Assembly: GCA_034226945.1 (NCBI GenBank)
Contig: CP120459.1
Coordinates: forward strand, 62,001 to 126,000
Length of the DNA: 64,000 bases
Direction: 5' to 3'
Origin: Picochlorum sp. SENEW3
Lineage: Eukaryota
Within the stretch, counting starts at the first letter, position 1. Every line of letters starts with the position of its first letter. Shown in pieces: positions 10,796-22,558 of this stretch. The notes beneath the pieces are model-generated. The model searched no databases. It saw nothing but the letters and a program-made list of their open reading frames with translations, and was not told the origin of the DNA. A program made the translations under genes and the position numbers.

Positions 10796-13351
10796 TTATT
10801 TGCGCGATTGACGTCGGAGTCTCCTGTCGTTTTCGTCCAGCAGTTGGTCAAGGGAGACCACCCTCCATGTATGGGATGTGGCATCCATTTGGGCGGATAT
10901 CGTCTCGTGAGAGGAATCGACTATACACATGACGAGGCCAAAATAGTATACCTGAAAGCCCTCATGCATTCTTCCAAGTTTTGGGACAAATTCCACGCCA
11001 GACTCCTCTGCAAACTGAGCGACAAGTTCCTTCATGCTTAGGTGTGTCCTCTGAGAGGCCTTCAACTTTTTCTTGGCATGCTGATCTTCGGCACTCATTG
11101 GGGCTGGTGTCCAGGTCGGCTCTAATTTACCACCAGATATGGCGGTGTCCATGTCATGGAGAGCTGCCTCGATGTTTTTCGACACAAAGTCAGTCTCTAG
11201 AAGTTCATCAGATATGCATGCCTTCCAAGACAAGTACCACCGAGCAATCTCATCATAGTCTGGGTTTCTCGACAACCAATGGCGCAAGACGCCTCTCCAT
11301 TTCACGAAAAAATGCTTGTCTAGGATTCGAGACAGTCTATCTGGACGAATAATTGTGTCCCAAGCCATGACCCAATAGAATGGTTCCATGTCCTGGTCTG
11401 CAGGATTGATCTGGAGGTCTGAGTCCAACACCCGGATGAGCTTTGGCTCGATGGATTTCGAGCAAAGCTGATCCCACTCATGCTGCTTGAAAACTTTCAT
11501 CCACGGTTTTAATATCTCTAGCGCTGATGGATCCGAGGGGTGCCATTGAGTGAGTGCCGATGTGAATTTGAATCGAATAATTGGCCACAACTCATCCATG
11601 TGGCTTCCCAAATAAGGCTGCATCAGACAATGTATTTCGGTCAGTACACATGACAATAGTTATCAATACGAATACAATTCGAAACGTACCAGCCAAGGAT
11701 GAAGCCATGTGTGAGGTGCTGTATGGTCTGTGAGAGGATCCCACTGTTGGCATGCGGACTTTAGCTTTGGAAGCACCAGATGCTGCGTCATGTACTGCAA
11801 AAATGATGTGGGTAAAATATTTTCCCATAGGCGAATAAAATTTTCCAATCTATCTACATCTTTTGCATTCCATGCAGTTTGTATGTCTCTCCTCACATTT
11901 GGCAACACCATATCGATCAGAAGCATGACAAAAGGATCCATGGAGGAGAATAATTCCTCTACATTCATATCAAGATCCGCATACATCTGTTTAGAGTATT
12001 CTTCTTCTGTCAGTAGTGCTTTCCATTCCCCTAGTTCCGAGAGGTACCTGCTTGAATCATCTAAAGGAGACCACCCTCTCGATTCTGAAACCAAAGGGGC
12101 ATGCACAACAGCCAGAGCGAGAAGATTGAATTCATGATGCAAGTATTGACTTCTTAACAAGGCTTTTGCCTCTGAAAACAATGCCCGTAACTCCAAGAGA
12201 TGTGCACCGTTCTTAATACCATTGGCAATCTTCCTTCCAACAGATGCAACGAGAGAAAATGTCTCCATGTGGTTCTCTGCCTCACCCTTCTCCTCCTCCA
12301 GTCTCTTCATCTCTTTCTCAAGCAATAATCTCGTATCTTTAGAGTGTCTTATACGCGCGTCAACCTTTTTTATCTCACTCTCCGTCATATCAACCAACAG
12401 ACGCATGTTGTGCTGCAACTCTGGCATAGGCCCCTCATGGGCAAGCTGCTCCTCCTTGAGGCCAGAAAGCCCAATATCATTGATCACTCGTTTTTGGGGA
12501 CCTCGCATATCAATTATAGTTTGAATTGAACTCTTGGCGCCCTCAGAGCTCGCCAAAACATCCTCTACAGTCTTATACATCTGCTTTGATTCCTTCAGTT
12601 TCTTGTCAACCCCCTTCTTCCTCCACGCTTTTGCTTCCCTTTTCACATCCACAACCTCAATATCTTTCATTTTATCTTGTGTCTCTATGGCCACCTCAGG
12701 CACAGGTGCAAGAGAAGGCTCCCTGCGGCTACCAAATCCCATCCCCTGCCTCTTTGGCCTCAACTTGGCTTCCAGTGGCTCTGAAAGACCTTTGCCGTCC
12801 TTACCAAGGCCCTGGCCTTGTCTCCAACCCATCTTGGAAAGCAACTTGGCACCTATACCCTTTGTATGAGCTTCAAACGTACCAATAGAAGAGCCAGCAG
12901 CTGTCACAGCCGCATCCTTCTCCCCCTGCACAGGTGCCTTGGTACGTCCAAACTCTTTCTCCCTCCGCGCAGCTGCAGCCTTCCTTACTCTCTTCCCAAA
13001 CGACGTGGGAACATTGTCCGGCGACTCCTCCCGCGCACCATGCCCACCTGTGAATCCCAAACCACCGCCTTGGGGCTCTTGGACCCCAGTCTCCTCGTCC
13101 TTGTCGCCCTGCTGCACTGTCTCGCTCTTCACAAAACTAACAAATCCAAGCCCACCACCTTGTGGTACCCTTTCATGATCTACTTCCTCATCCCCGAAAA
13201 CACCGTATATCGCTTCCTCCTTCCTCCTTTGTCTCCTCGCCCCTCGCCCTTTCGTCGCAAAGAAGTAATATTCGTCCTCTACACCCTCTCCCTCATCACT
13301 ACTACGCCCACTATTACTACTACTGCTATTGTGATCGCTAAATGGATCCAT
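10796..13351 (-). CDS. TFIP11: Tuftelin-interacting protein 11 / STIP spliceosome-disassembly factor (intron 11618-11689 joins two ORFs)
   Basis: G-patch GIGAKLLSKMGWRQGQGLG, MPELQHN, PHTWLHPWL|PYLG GCFC region. Confidence 0.88.
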
Positions 13352-14149
13352 TGGTACTTCAAAAACTCCCTACAAGGACGACCAACTGGCCACTCGCCAA
13401 GCCCAAATTCACTCAACGTTTCTCAATTCGTGTAAAATTGAAGAGTAAAAGCCAAATTCATATTCCTCTTATATCTAAAAACCTATAGTTTTATGAATAT
13501 ACCCATTTTGACACAATTCCATCTGTTGCCTTTGCTCAGTGACAATCACAGCAGTGTCGATGACAAAGTGAGGAATTCTTGGAAGAAGATTCTTCTAGGA
13601 GGGATCAAAACCATGATGTAACCCACCCTAACATGACATGAGCAATCCTTGGTGACAAATGTACTGTGTAATCTAGCTTGTATCATTTCTACATCATCTT
13701 CGGTTGGACACCATGAAGATTTGTTGCATGACTGTGTGGAATGCATGGCTCGTTTTGAAGATATCGCTCGACGATTCAGGGATGGTCATGGAGAATCCAG
13801 TGCTTTTTATCGACCTCCGTTGAGCTAGCTGCTATGGCAATGGGAACCTCATCTGCATGAGGGTGACTATTTTCTACATGTCTCTGCCATGTCTTAGGTC
13901 GAAGTCGGTTTCCTAACTCTATTCGAATCACTTTTTTTTAAACATTTTGAGTAGAGATACGCTCTGCATAACTCGGTCGTCATTAAAGGCGGTACCGTCC
14001 ATGGGGTTTTGCCATCCGTGGTTTTCCATTCTCAATTGAGTTCCTTGAGTATACCACCTGCAGACCTGCTATTTAGAAGATATATTTGTATTATATACTA
14101 TCTATAGGGTCAAATCATCTCGCATGCGAGGGGCTTGAGTGGAAGGATA

Positions 14150-15211
14150 ATGTCCGATTGCCGAGAGTCCGCTATTGCCAAAACCGAGTCATGCGGCAAT
14201 GGTTCATCTCGAATGCATTCAGACGTATCAAAAATATTAGATAAAATCCATGATTGGGAGGAATTCGACGTATTCGAGTTGGCATCCACCACACAGGGAA
14301 CCCCACTGAGGGCAGTGGTCGAATATGAACTGGAGGCTTTGGGTGTCATTGAGCGTTTAGGGCTGGATAGAGACAAGCTCACGTCGTTTTTGAAGGATCT
14401 AGAGGAGGCGTACTCGAACGAAAACCCGTATCATTCCAGCACGCATGCTGCAGATGTTGTGCAGACTGTGGCAACCATGGTGGAGATGGATGACTGGTCA
14501 GATGGGCTGGAGGATTGGGAGTCACTTTCTTTGTTCATTGCTGCTGCTGGACATGATGTGGGTCACAAAGGGGTAACTAATGAATATCATGATCGGGTAC
14601 AGACGAATTGGGCACGGGAATTCGGGCATCATGGGAGCTCTGTGAATGAGTATGCCCATGCTCACATTACAGTGTCGTTGATGCTGGAAGATCGGAATGA
14701 TTTTATGCACGGTCTCGATGAACGTGTCAGACAACGTGTGATTCAGAATGTTAGGCAGTTGATACTGGAGACGGATATAGTGTCGCATAAGAGTGTCTGC
14801 AAGAAATTTGCAGATGCTTGCAAACGGGGCAAGGCATATGCGCATATTGGCGAATGGCCTCCCGAGGATAGACTGCAAGCCCTGACAGGCTTGCTGCATT
14901 TCGCTGATATTTCAAATCCGGGTAGGCCGTGGAGGCTGTGTCGCCGTTGGGGTATTCGCATTCATGAGGAAGCATGCTTGCAGGGAGATGAGGAAGAGAG
15001 GATGGGGTTGACACGTTCTGTGTATTGTGCTAGAGAAGATGAAAACACTGGAGAAAAGCAGGTAACATTTATCAAATCAGTCATGCAGCCATTCTGCGAA
15101 CAAGTGGCGGTGATGGCGCCACATTTTACTGGCATGATTATGCCACATGTGAAAGAGGCCCTGGCAGAGTGGGCTAGATTTCATCCGAGACACGATCAAG
15201 TCTCAACGTGA
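14150..15211 (+). CDS. Class I 3',5'-cyclic nucleotide phosphodiesterase (catalytic domain)
   Basis: NPYHSSTHAADV, HDVGHKGVTN, ILETD, HFADISNP motifs. Confidence 0.88.
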   Translation: MSDCRESAIAKTESCGNGSSRMHSDVSKILDKIHDWEEFDVFELASTTQGTPLRAVVEYELEALGVIERLGLDRDKLTSFLKDLEEAYSNENPYHSSTHAADVVQTVATMVEMDDWSDGLEDWESLSLFIAAAGHDVGHKGVTNEYHDRVQTNWAREFGHHGSSVNEYAHAHITVSLMLEDRNDFMHGLDERVRQRVIQNVRQLILETDIVSHKSVCKKFADACKRGKAYAHIGEWPPEDRLQALTGLLHFADISNPGRPWRLCRRWGIRIHEEACLQGDEEERMGLTRSVYCAREDENTGEKQVTFIKSVMQPFCEQVAVMAPHFTGMIMPHVKEALAEWARFHPRHDQVST

Positions 15212-15285
15212 ATCATACATGTATCGGAGAATATTGATTAATTATTTGAAGTGTTTTACATAGTGGACACACATATTGAAATCCT

Positions 15286-16089
15286 TTACTGCCTCTCCTT
15301 GACCTCAATGCCATTGGAGCCGGCAATAATGCACACATTAACCATGTCCAAGAAGAGTCCATGGTCAACAACTCCCTCCAAGGCCATGATTGCCTTTGCA
15401 GCTGCGTGAGAGTCCTTGATCGGAGTTTGGAAATACAAATCAACGATATAATTAGAGTTGTCGGTAACATAAGGAGCATCTCCATCCATTCTCAGGCGAG
15501 CTTCGCAACCAGCAACTTCTGGAAGAGCTGCAATGCGGCGCAGTGTGTACTCGTGGCAGAACTGCACAATCTCAATTGGCATGGCATCCTTGCTCCCTCC
15601 GAGCCCGTCCACAAGCTTCGACTCATCCACAATGCACACAAATTTATCTGATGCCATCTCGACCATCTTCTCGCGAAGAAGAGCACCTCCACGACCCTTG
15701 ACAACATCCAACTGTGGGTCAACCTCATCCGCACCATCAATGGCAACATCAAGCTTTGGCTGCTCATCCAACGTCGCCAAGGGAATGCCCAGAGATTTCG
15801 CCTGTTCATAAGTACGTATGGACGTTGGCACTCCCACAATATCCTTCAATTCCCCAGATTTGAGAAGAGAACCAATGCGATCGACAGCAAAGGCAGCCGT
15901 GGAACCTGTACCCAATCCCACAACCATGCCGCTCTTCACATACTCGACAGCCTTCCATGCAGCCTGCTGCTTCAATTCATCCTGACTGAGTTGTGCTCTG
16001 GTCACATTCATCTTTCTTGCGCGAACTGAAAACTTTCTCACAAAGGTAGTGCTTGGCTTTGTGACAATGCGTGCCTGCTGCTGCATCAT
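15286..16089 (-). CDS. RPI: Ribose-5-phosphate isomerase A, chloroplastic
   Basis: GLGTGSTA, DGADEVD, KGRGGALLREK motifs; transit-peptide-like N-terminus. Confidence 0.95.
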   Translation of the reverse strand: MMQQQARIVTKPSTTFVRKFSVRARKMNVTRAQLSQDELKQQAAWKAVEYVKSGMVVGLGTGSTAAFAVDRIGSLLKSGELKDIVGVPTSIRTYEQAKSLGIPLATLDEQPKLDVAIDGADEVDPQLDVVKGRGGALLREKMVEMASDKFVCIVDESKLVDGLGGSKDAMPIEIVQFCHEYTLRRIAALPEVAGCEARLRMDGDAPYVTDNSNYIVDLYFQTPIKDSHAAAKAIMALEGVVDHGLFLDMVNVCIIAGSNGIEVKERQ

Positions 16090-16612
16090 TGTACCGATTC
16101 TACTTGCCGATTTGCTATTAAAACGATACTTTATGTTTGATCAGGCGTATTGGTGAGATCGAGTAGGTTTATCTGGGATGGGTGTGTGTGTTCAGGGCAT
16201 GATGGACAAGGTTTTCGGGATAATGGCGGAGATGGCTCTTCCTGTGACCTATTGTGTCCCTTCTACGCCCAAAACCAATCATATTTAATAATATCTTAGG
16301 TATGTTGGTGACTGTGTCGCATTATATTGGTGTGGATGTGTATACGGAGTGTAGAACGGGGGAGTGCACCGCCGGCTGGCGTCTCCATCGGCCATGTTCC
16401 AGTCTGGGCCAGGACACGCCGCTTTGCCCGCGTTTAGATGTGCAAATTATATGAATACTATTAATAGATATGCATCATGGGGAGTGGGGGCATAGGGAAG
16501 GAGCTTTGTGGCTCTTGGGATATTGCGGCGTATGCCCGTCTTTTGCCTGTTTTTGCCCGTGTCGTCGATATTTTCTCACCTGTACTTTTTATGTATCTGT
16601 AGATTAAAGAAA

Positions 16613-16915
16613 ATGGTTGAAGCTAGAGCAGGAATCGCCGTTGGGTTGGCCAAGGGCCACATTGTGACCAAGAAGGAGAAGAAGGAGCGTCCAGCAAACC
16701 GCAAGGGACGTGCTACGAAGAAGACCAAGTTTGTTCGCAGTATTATCCAGGAAGTAGCTGGGCAGGCTCCATATGAGAAGCGTGCCATGGAGTTGCTGAA
16801 GAACGGTTTGGATAAGCGTGCTTTGAAGTTGTGCAAGCGCAAGCTTGGAACTCACATCCGTGCCAAGAGGAAGAGAGAGGAGATGTCCAACCTCTTGAGA
16901 GAGATGAGAAGGTAA
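16613..16915 (+). CDS. RPL36: 60S ribosomal protein L36 (eL36)
   Basis: [10 protein letters not shown]...[17 protein letters not shown]...DKRALK...[14 protein letters not shown]. Confidence 0.95.
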   Translation: MVEARAGIAVGLAKGHIVTKKEKKERPANRKGRATKKTKFVRSIIQEVAGQAPYEKRAMELLKNGLDKRALKLCKRKLGTHIRAKRKREEMSNLLREMRR

Positions 16916-17046
16916 AGGATATCTATCCACCCATAGACATTTATAAATATGTATAGAGACTATTTCTTGCTCATGCAAATAGTGTAAAATTTGAAGTTAC
17001 CTTTATTTGAAAAAGAAAAAGTGTACATGTGTGCATGCATGCCTCT

Positions 17047-19881
17047 TCATTCGAGCAAATCTGTGATGAGTCCCAGATGAGCAAAGTCATCCAGGGCAGA
17101 AGGCTCTCCAGTTTGCTGGCTGCCCTGATTCTGAGGGAATGGCCTTTGACTTGGATGTGTCATGTCCCGAGGAGGAACAAAGGGTTGGTTTGCTGCAGAC
17201 GAGTTTATCTTTTGTGGAGCAAGTCTTTGACTCGCCATTCCCATGTTTGGAATAGTCGCCGTATTTTGCATTACTTGCTGTGTTGCGCTTGACTGAGCTG
17301 AGTTCTGATGAGAAAATTGTCTGTACCCTACAGATTTTCCAGAGTTCATCAGCACGCTTCCATTGAATCCCTGATATTGTCCAGAGGAACCATTCTGTGG
17401 CCTGGCAGGATTGCCTTGGAGGGTGGTAGGGTTGACTGCATAATTCACTCCTTGGGATATCATACTTGATACCTCAGGGTGTGAATGGGGTGCCCTCATG
17501 CTATCTCCAACAATGTCTGCCCCTCTTTGGGAAATTGCTGATGCCAGGATGGCATCTGATGGATTGTTGACTTTTGCCATCTGCTGCATAAGATACGAAT
17601 GCGTACTTGCATCTGATGACTGCTTCATTAGAGGACTGTTGTTCTGGCGGGCCGCCAGTAAAGCCTCTTCCATCATCTGTCCTGCACCAGCAAGGTTTCT
17701 TGGGGGTGTGGAGGGAGACGTACCTGGCTTCATGGCCAAGCGACTGATTTTGCTGGTTGCCACCTCGAGCTCTTGCTCAAGATGTTTCACCTTGTTTTTC
17801 AAGGATACAATCTCATCATCTCGTTTCTGCAACAAGAGACGCATTTCTGCCACTATGTTGTCCTGTGTTGATCCAGCATTCGCGGATGATGTCCTTTCAG
17901 TCCTGTCATGTGACTCGACCTCTTGCGCATTACTGGAAGCACCATTGCCCCCCTTCGCGGCTCTATTTGTACTCTTTAAACTGGACTGATCACTTCGAGC
18001 ACTTGTCATTGTGGAAGAGTCGACACTGTCTGAATCAAACTGTGTGCTCTGGATGTCAATTGTCTTGTGTTCTTGCACAGCATTCGCCTCATTTGAAGGC
18101 TTTGGCTTTGCAGCTTTCTTTGCGGCCAAAGAAGCTTGCTTCTGTTCCAGCTTTTTCTGCCTCTCTGCCTCTTTCTTTGCCTCCTCTTGTCTCCTGCGCT
18201 CCTCAGCCTCCTGGCGTTTCCTCTCCTGCTCAGCCCTCTTCAACTCCTCCTCTCGCGCTTTTGCTGCCTCCAAAGCTTCTTGTTTTGCACGCTCGGCCTC
18301 TTTTTTCGCCCGTTGTCGTTCTCTCTTTCGTGCTTTCCTCTCTCTCTCAGCTTCAGCTTTTGCAGCCAATCGCTCTGCCTCATCCTTTGAGGCTTCCTCC
18401 TCCTCTCTGATGAGCTCTTCTTGCCTACGAATGATTTCTGCTTCGATCCAAGACTTTTCAATGCTTTCCTTAGCGATATGAGACATTGCAAACACCTCGA
18501 TGGTTAGCCTCGCAAGATCCACCAGCCTGATTTCGTCCCTCTCTGCTGCATCTTTTATCTCAACACATTTCGCGTCTAGCGATGTCTCATTGCTATCAGG
18601 TGAATATATGTTGAAAGGATGTTCTAAAAACTTTTTCAGCCTCTCCAACGCATCGCCATTGAACGTGAAGACATTCTTGGAGGTATCCAGGTATACGTGT
18701 CCCTCAAGAGAGTCCACATATTGTTCCAACGACTCGACCGAATTCGGACCCAAACTGCTCGCATCACCTTCAAATCTTCTTTTATAACATCTATCCAAGA
18801 CTTTGATCGCAGCATAGGCGGCATCCATCATTAGTGTCGAAGTCACCTCTTTCTCGTTGAAAAATGTCTTGACAAACTTTTTGAGTAAAGGTGCACTGGG
18901 AGAAGTGGACAATTTCGACCTTTCTTTCTCACTCAAAGAACTCCAGAAAGTTTCAATATCTTTCGTGAAAAATCCCTGTATATGCTCTTTTGCTTTATCA
19001 ACTGCCCTTCTCACAACTCCTTCAATATTTGACAAGTATACTCGAATGAGCTCCCGGCGATAATGAGCATCCAAGGTACGGAAAGGTGCGTTTTGCCTAT
19101 CTTTAATTACTTGAACCTGCACTTTGATAACCAAAGTATCACCCACCACAAAGCCGTCCGCCATCTTGCCCAGTTCCATGAATTTCTTCCACCCCCAATC
19201 ATGCTCCTTCTTGCAAAACCTATGCAATGTATCAGAGTATTTCGATTTTTTTGGGTCTTTATTCACAACAGCAATCGTGAATTGCGCAAAATGAGACCAG
19301 CCAGGCAGCAATTTATCATAATCAGCAACACACAAGAAGAGTGACAGGTGGTTATTCACGTCACACCCATTTGGGTACACTAAAATATACCACTTGTATG
19401 GCCCGACCGAGAAAGAAGACGACTTCAGTTCCCTCTTTGACACGTCTCTGAAATTCGGTACTTTCCACGTAAAACTACCGTATAGTGCATGGGGATCGCT
19501 ACCTTTCGTGGTTGCGTCATCCATGTATGAGCTACAGGTGGCAATTGTATCCACCACAGATGGTCTCGTCGGCCTCACCCCGTTCAGCATGTCCCCCTTT
19601 TTCTTCTCAGCACTTGCTTCCTCTTGAATTTCATTCTTTTTACTTTCGCTTGGCGGCGTGTCACATGAACATTCCGATCCATCCTGTGAATCACTGCTCT
19701 CCAGATCTTTATCATCTACAGCCTTCTCGGATGCTGCAACCCTGCCGGACGCAACGCCACCATCCTGCTTCCCACCGTTTTCACGATTGGGCTCTGACTG
19801 CATCAAAACACCAACATGATCGTTCTTTCTTGCCACTTTCGATGGAACCCCTCCAGGCCCTTCTGCGACAGCCTCACTCAT
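17047..19881 (-). CDS. MATH/TRAF-domain coiled-coil protein (plant TRAF1-like)
   Basis: FTWKV..KWYILVYPNGCDVNNHLSLFLCVA..HDWGWKKFMEL MATH domain, long coiled coil, C-terminal DDFAHLGLITDLLE. Confidence 0.85.
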   Translation of the reverse strand: MSEAVAEGPGGVPSKVARKNDHVGVLMQSEPNRENGGKQDGGVASGRVAASEKAVDDKDLESSDSQDGSECSCDTPPSESKKNEIQEEASAEKKKGDMLNGVRPTRPSVVDTIATCSSYMDDATTKGSDPHALYGSFTWKVPNFRDVSKRELKSSSFSVGPYKWYILVYPNGCDVNNHLSLFLCVADYDKLLPGWSHFAQFTIAVVNKDPKKSKYSDTLHRFCKKEHDWGWKKFMELGKMADGFVVGDTLVIKVQVQVIKDRQNAPFRTLDAHYRRELIRVYLSNIEGVVRRAVDKAKEHIQGFFTKDIETFWSSLSEKERSKLSTSPSAPLLKKFVKTFFNEKEVTSTLMMDAAYAAIKVLDRCYKRRFEGDASSLGPNSVESLEQYVDSLEGHVYLDTSKNVFTFNGDALERLKKFLEHPFNIYSPDSNETSLDAKCVEIKDAAERDEIRLVDLARLTIEVFAMSHIAKESIEKSWIEAEIIRRQEELIREEEEASKDEAERLAAKAEAERERKARKRERQRAKKEAERAKQEALEAAKAREEELKRAEQERKRQEAEERRRQEEAKKEAERQKKLEQKQASLAAKKAAKPKPSNEANAVQEHKTIDIQSTQFDSDSVDSSTMTSARSDQSSLKSTNRAAKGGNGASSNAQEVESHDRTERTSSANAGSTQDNIVAEMRLLLQKRDDEIVSLKNKVKHLEQELEVATSKISRLAMKPGTSPSTPPRNLAGAGQMMEEALLAARQNNSPLMKQSSDASTHSYLMQQMAKVNNPSDAILASAISQRGADIVGDSMRAPHSHPEVSSMISQGVNYAVNPTTLQGNPARPQNGSSGQYQGFNGSVLMNSGKSVGYRQFSHQNSAQSSATQQVMQNTATIPNMGMASQRLAPQKINSSAANQPFVPPRDMTHPSQRPFPQNQGSQQTGEPSALDDFAHLGLITDLLE

Positions 19882-21260
19882 AGTACTCTCCACTATATTC
19901 GAACCATCAAATCCGAGCCAATCCTACACAACCACATGCAAAACATCAAAAAAGTACCCATCAATCGTCTCGTTGCCACAAAAATACCAGGCTAGGAGGA
20001 CAATGGCCACTCGGGCAAGACCGTCCACCACAGCCACCTCTGCTCCCCAACCTGACCAGATATTCCCCACCCAATACCTCCCAAATCACCCCGCATTCAC
20101 CCTATAAACTTCAATTCTATATACTATTATTTTCGCATATCCCCTGTACCAAACCACCCCGCAAAACAGCGTCCATGAAAAAGACGTCTTCCCCACCATA
20201 TCTGACTCTCCCCTCGGCGCCTCTCATGCCAGAGTGGCCCATCTTTATCACTGATTTTAACACACATATATAAAACAGTCTAACAAAGCAACGTTGTACC
20301 CAAAGCCCCCATTCGTCCGTCGACAATGGAGTCGACATGGAGTCACACCAGCAGTCGGACCGAACGCGTGTGAGAATTCTACCCTCTAGGAATACCAAAG
20401 TTGATCATCCTACCTTTTGAAATGAATACAAAGTGATAAATATAAATGAATGGACGTATGAAGGTATTGGTGTTCTAGCATGCTGAGCACCTGGTCACAT
20501 GCTGCCCATGCTGATCACAGATCATCATCTACATATTCTTCTTCATGACGTATTCCTCTCTCTCTCACACAAGGACAATGCCCTTGCATATGATGCGATT
20601 TGGACGGGTTCCTGCATGGATTGCATGGACCCATGATCAAAGACATCTGCTCTGTGAACTGGTGGTGCCTCATGTCCTGGCTGGATGCCTTGGCTATGGT
20701 ACATGGTGAGGGATCACCATACTGATATGAATGAATTGTGGTACGGGATACACTGATGTCGCAGGGGTGTCAACAGGCAGGCATGCCTCTGGGTGATCAA
20801 GAATATTGTTCCTGCAGGGAGACTGCATGGTGCATGTGCATGGTCCTTGCTTGGGAGCGCATGTCGATAGGCGCATGCTCATGGTTCCCATTGGCCCTGA
20901 AATCTGTACAGGTATGGGTCATGACCAGTGTTGGCTCGCCCTTGGAGGATCCGAGCATCAGATCCTGAGGCCATGGAAATTGCAGTACCAATATGTGAGT
21001 TCGCAGTACCAATGCCAGGGCGCCCTAGGTGTAGCAACCAACCAACGACCCTGCTTCCATGTGACGACAGATGAGTGGAATACACCGATCGAATGGCGTA
21101 TAAATGATATGCTATAGTATTTATAAGGGTGTTTTAGTCCTGTTAGATTCGATTGAATTCACCCCGCTGGCGCTGTGAGGGACAACGGCGTAAGATTTAC
21201 TCCATCGCTCGGGTTGGACTTTGTGTGTGTGGGGCATATCTGCAGTATTGATATAAGAAA

Positions 21261-22418
21261 ATGAATTTAGGGAAAGAAAACTCCATCACGGAGGGTCTTG
21301 GGAAGACAAACTTTGCTGCGTCTGCCATGGCAAGCGTGAAGGAGCAGTTGAAGCAGCGACTTCACGGAGTCACGGCATTGTCTGCTCACAAGGTGGAAGA
21401 GAATGGTCGTCGAGAAGACGTGTTGAAAGAACTGAATGGAGGACAGCAGGGTAGGGTTCGTAGCACGGCGGACATTGGTGTGAAGAGGTCTGCTGCCCAG
21501 GAACAGGGGGAGCGTCGAGCAGAGGGGGTGTCAGACGCGCATGCTGCTCACCATTCTGGTGCTCGAGCTGCTTCAAAGTCCTCGAGTGAGGCCAAGCGTC
21601 AGTGGAGGTTGTCTGACTTTGATATTGGGAGGCCGCTTGGGAGAGGGAAGTTTGGGAATGTGTACCTTGCTCGGGAGAAGAAGAGTGGTTATGTGGTGGC
21701 GCTGAAAGTTTTGTTCAAAAATCAGCTGCAACAATCGAATGTAGAGCACCAATTGCGCAGAGAGATTGAAATTCAATCGCATTTGAGGCATCCGAATATT
21801 CTCAGGCTGTATGGGTATTTTTATGATGAATCTAGAGTATACCTGATATTGGAATATGCAGCAAAAGGCGAACTGTTCAAAGAATTGCAGCGATGTAGTA
21901 GATTTGATGAGCAAAGAACGGCGACGTATATCGCATCATTAGCAAATGCTCTCGTGTATTGTCACTCAAAGCACGTCATTCATAGGGATATCAAACCAGA
22001 AAATCTGTTAGTGGGTTTGAATGGTGAGCTGAAAATCGCAGATTTCGGCTGGTCGGTGCATGCTCCGAATTCAAGGAGAAAAACACTGTGTGGTACACTG
22101 GACTACCTTCCACCCGAGATGGTGGAGGGCTCTATGCATGATGAATGTGTCGATGTATGGTCACTTGGAGTGCTGTGCTACGAATTTCTGTTTGGGGACC
22201 CTCCGTTTGAGGCAGCAGGTCATTCAGAAACATACAAGAGAATTTTACGGGTTGATCTTCGCTTTCCAGAACAACCGAGTATTTCGGAAGAGGCCAAAGA
22301 TTTAATCAGATCTCTTTTGGTGAAAAACCCATCCGAGAGAATGAAGCTGTCAAATGTCATTCAGCATCCTTGGATCACAAAGAATGCCGATCCAAAAGTC
22401 CTTCAAAAGCTGCCATGA
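21261..22418 (+). CDS. AUR: Aurora kinase
   Basis: [61 protein letters not shown]. Confidence 0.95.
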   Translation: MNLGKENSITEGLGKTNFAASAMASVKEQLKQRLHGVTALSAHKVEENGRREDVLKELNGGQQGRVRSTADIGVKRSAAQEQGERRAEGVSDAHAAHHSGARAASKSSSEAKRQWRLSDFDIGRPLGRGKFGNVYLAREKKSGYVVALKVLFKNQLQQSNVEHQLRREIEIQSHLRHPNILRLYGYFYDESRVYLILEYAAKGELFKELQRCSRFDEQRTATYIASLANALVYCHSKHVIHRDIKPENLLVGLNGELKIADFGWSVHAPNSRRKTLCGTLDYLPPEMVEGSMHDECVDVWSLGVLCYEFLFGDPPFEAAGHSETYKRILRVDLRFPEQPSISEEAKDLIRSLLVKNPSERMKLSNVIQHPWITKNADPKVLQKLP

Positions 22419-22558
22419 TGGTGTTTGTTAAAATAATAAATTGTGCGTAGTATGTGAACAAGAAAATCGCTCACTGCCTTTTGCAACAAGAAGAAAATAG
22501 CAATATACCTATGGAAATGCCCTGTTGTATATTATTCTGAGTAGGTATAACGAAAGCC

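Noticed and set aside
11618..11689. Apparent two-gene operon (11663-13351 and 10796-11656)
   Set aside because: A 72 nt GT-AG intron joins them into one TFIP11 gene
19890..19930. GGTTCGAAT T-loop-like word on the minus strand suggesting a tRNA
   Set aside because: No cloverleaf stems around it
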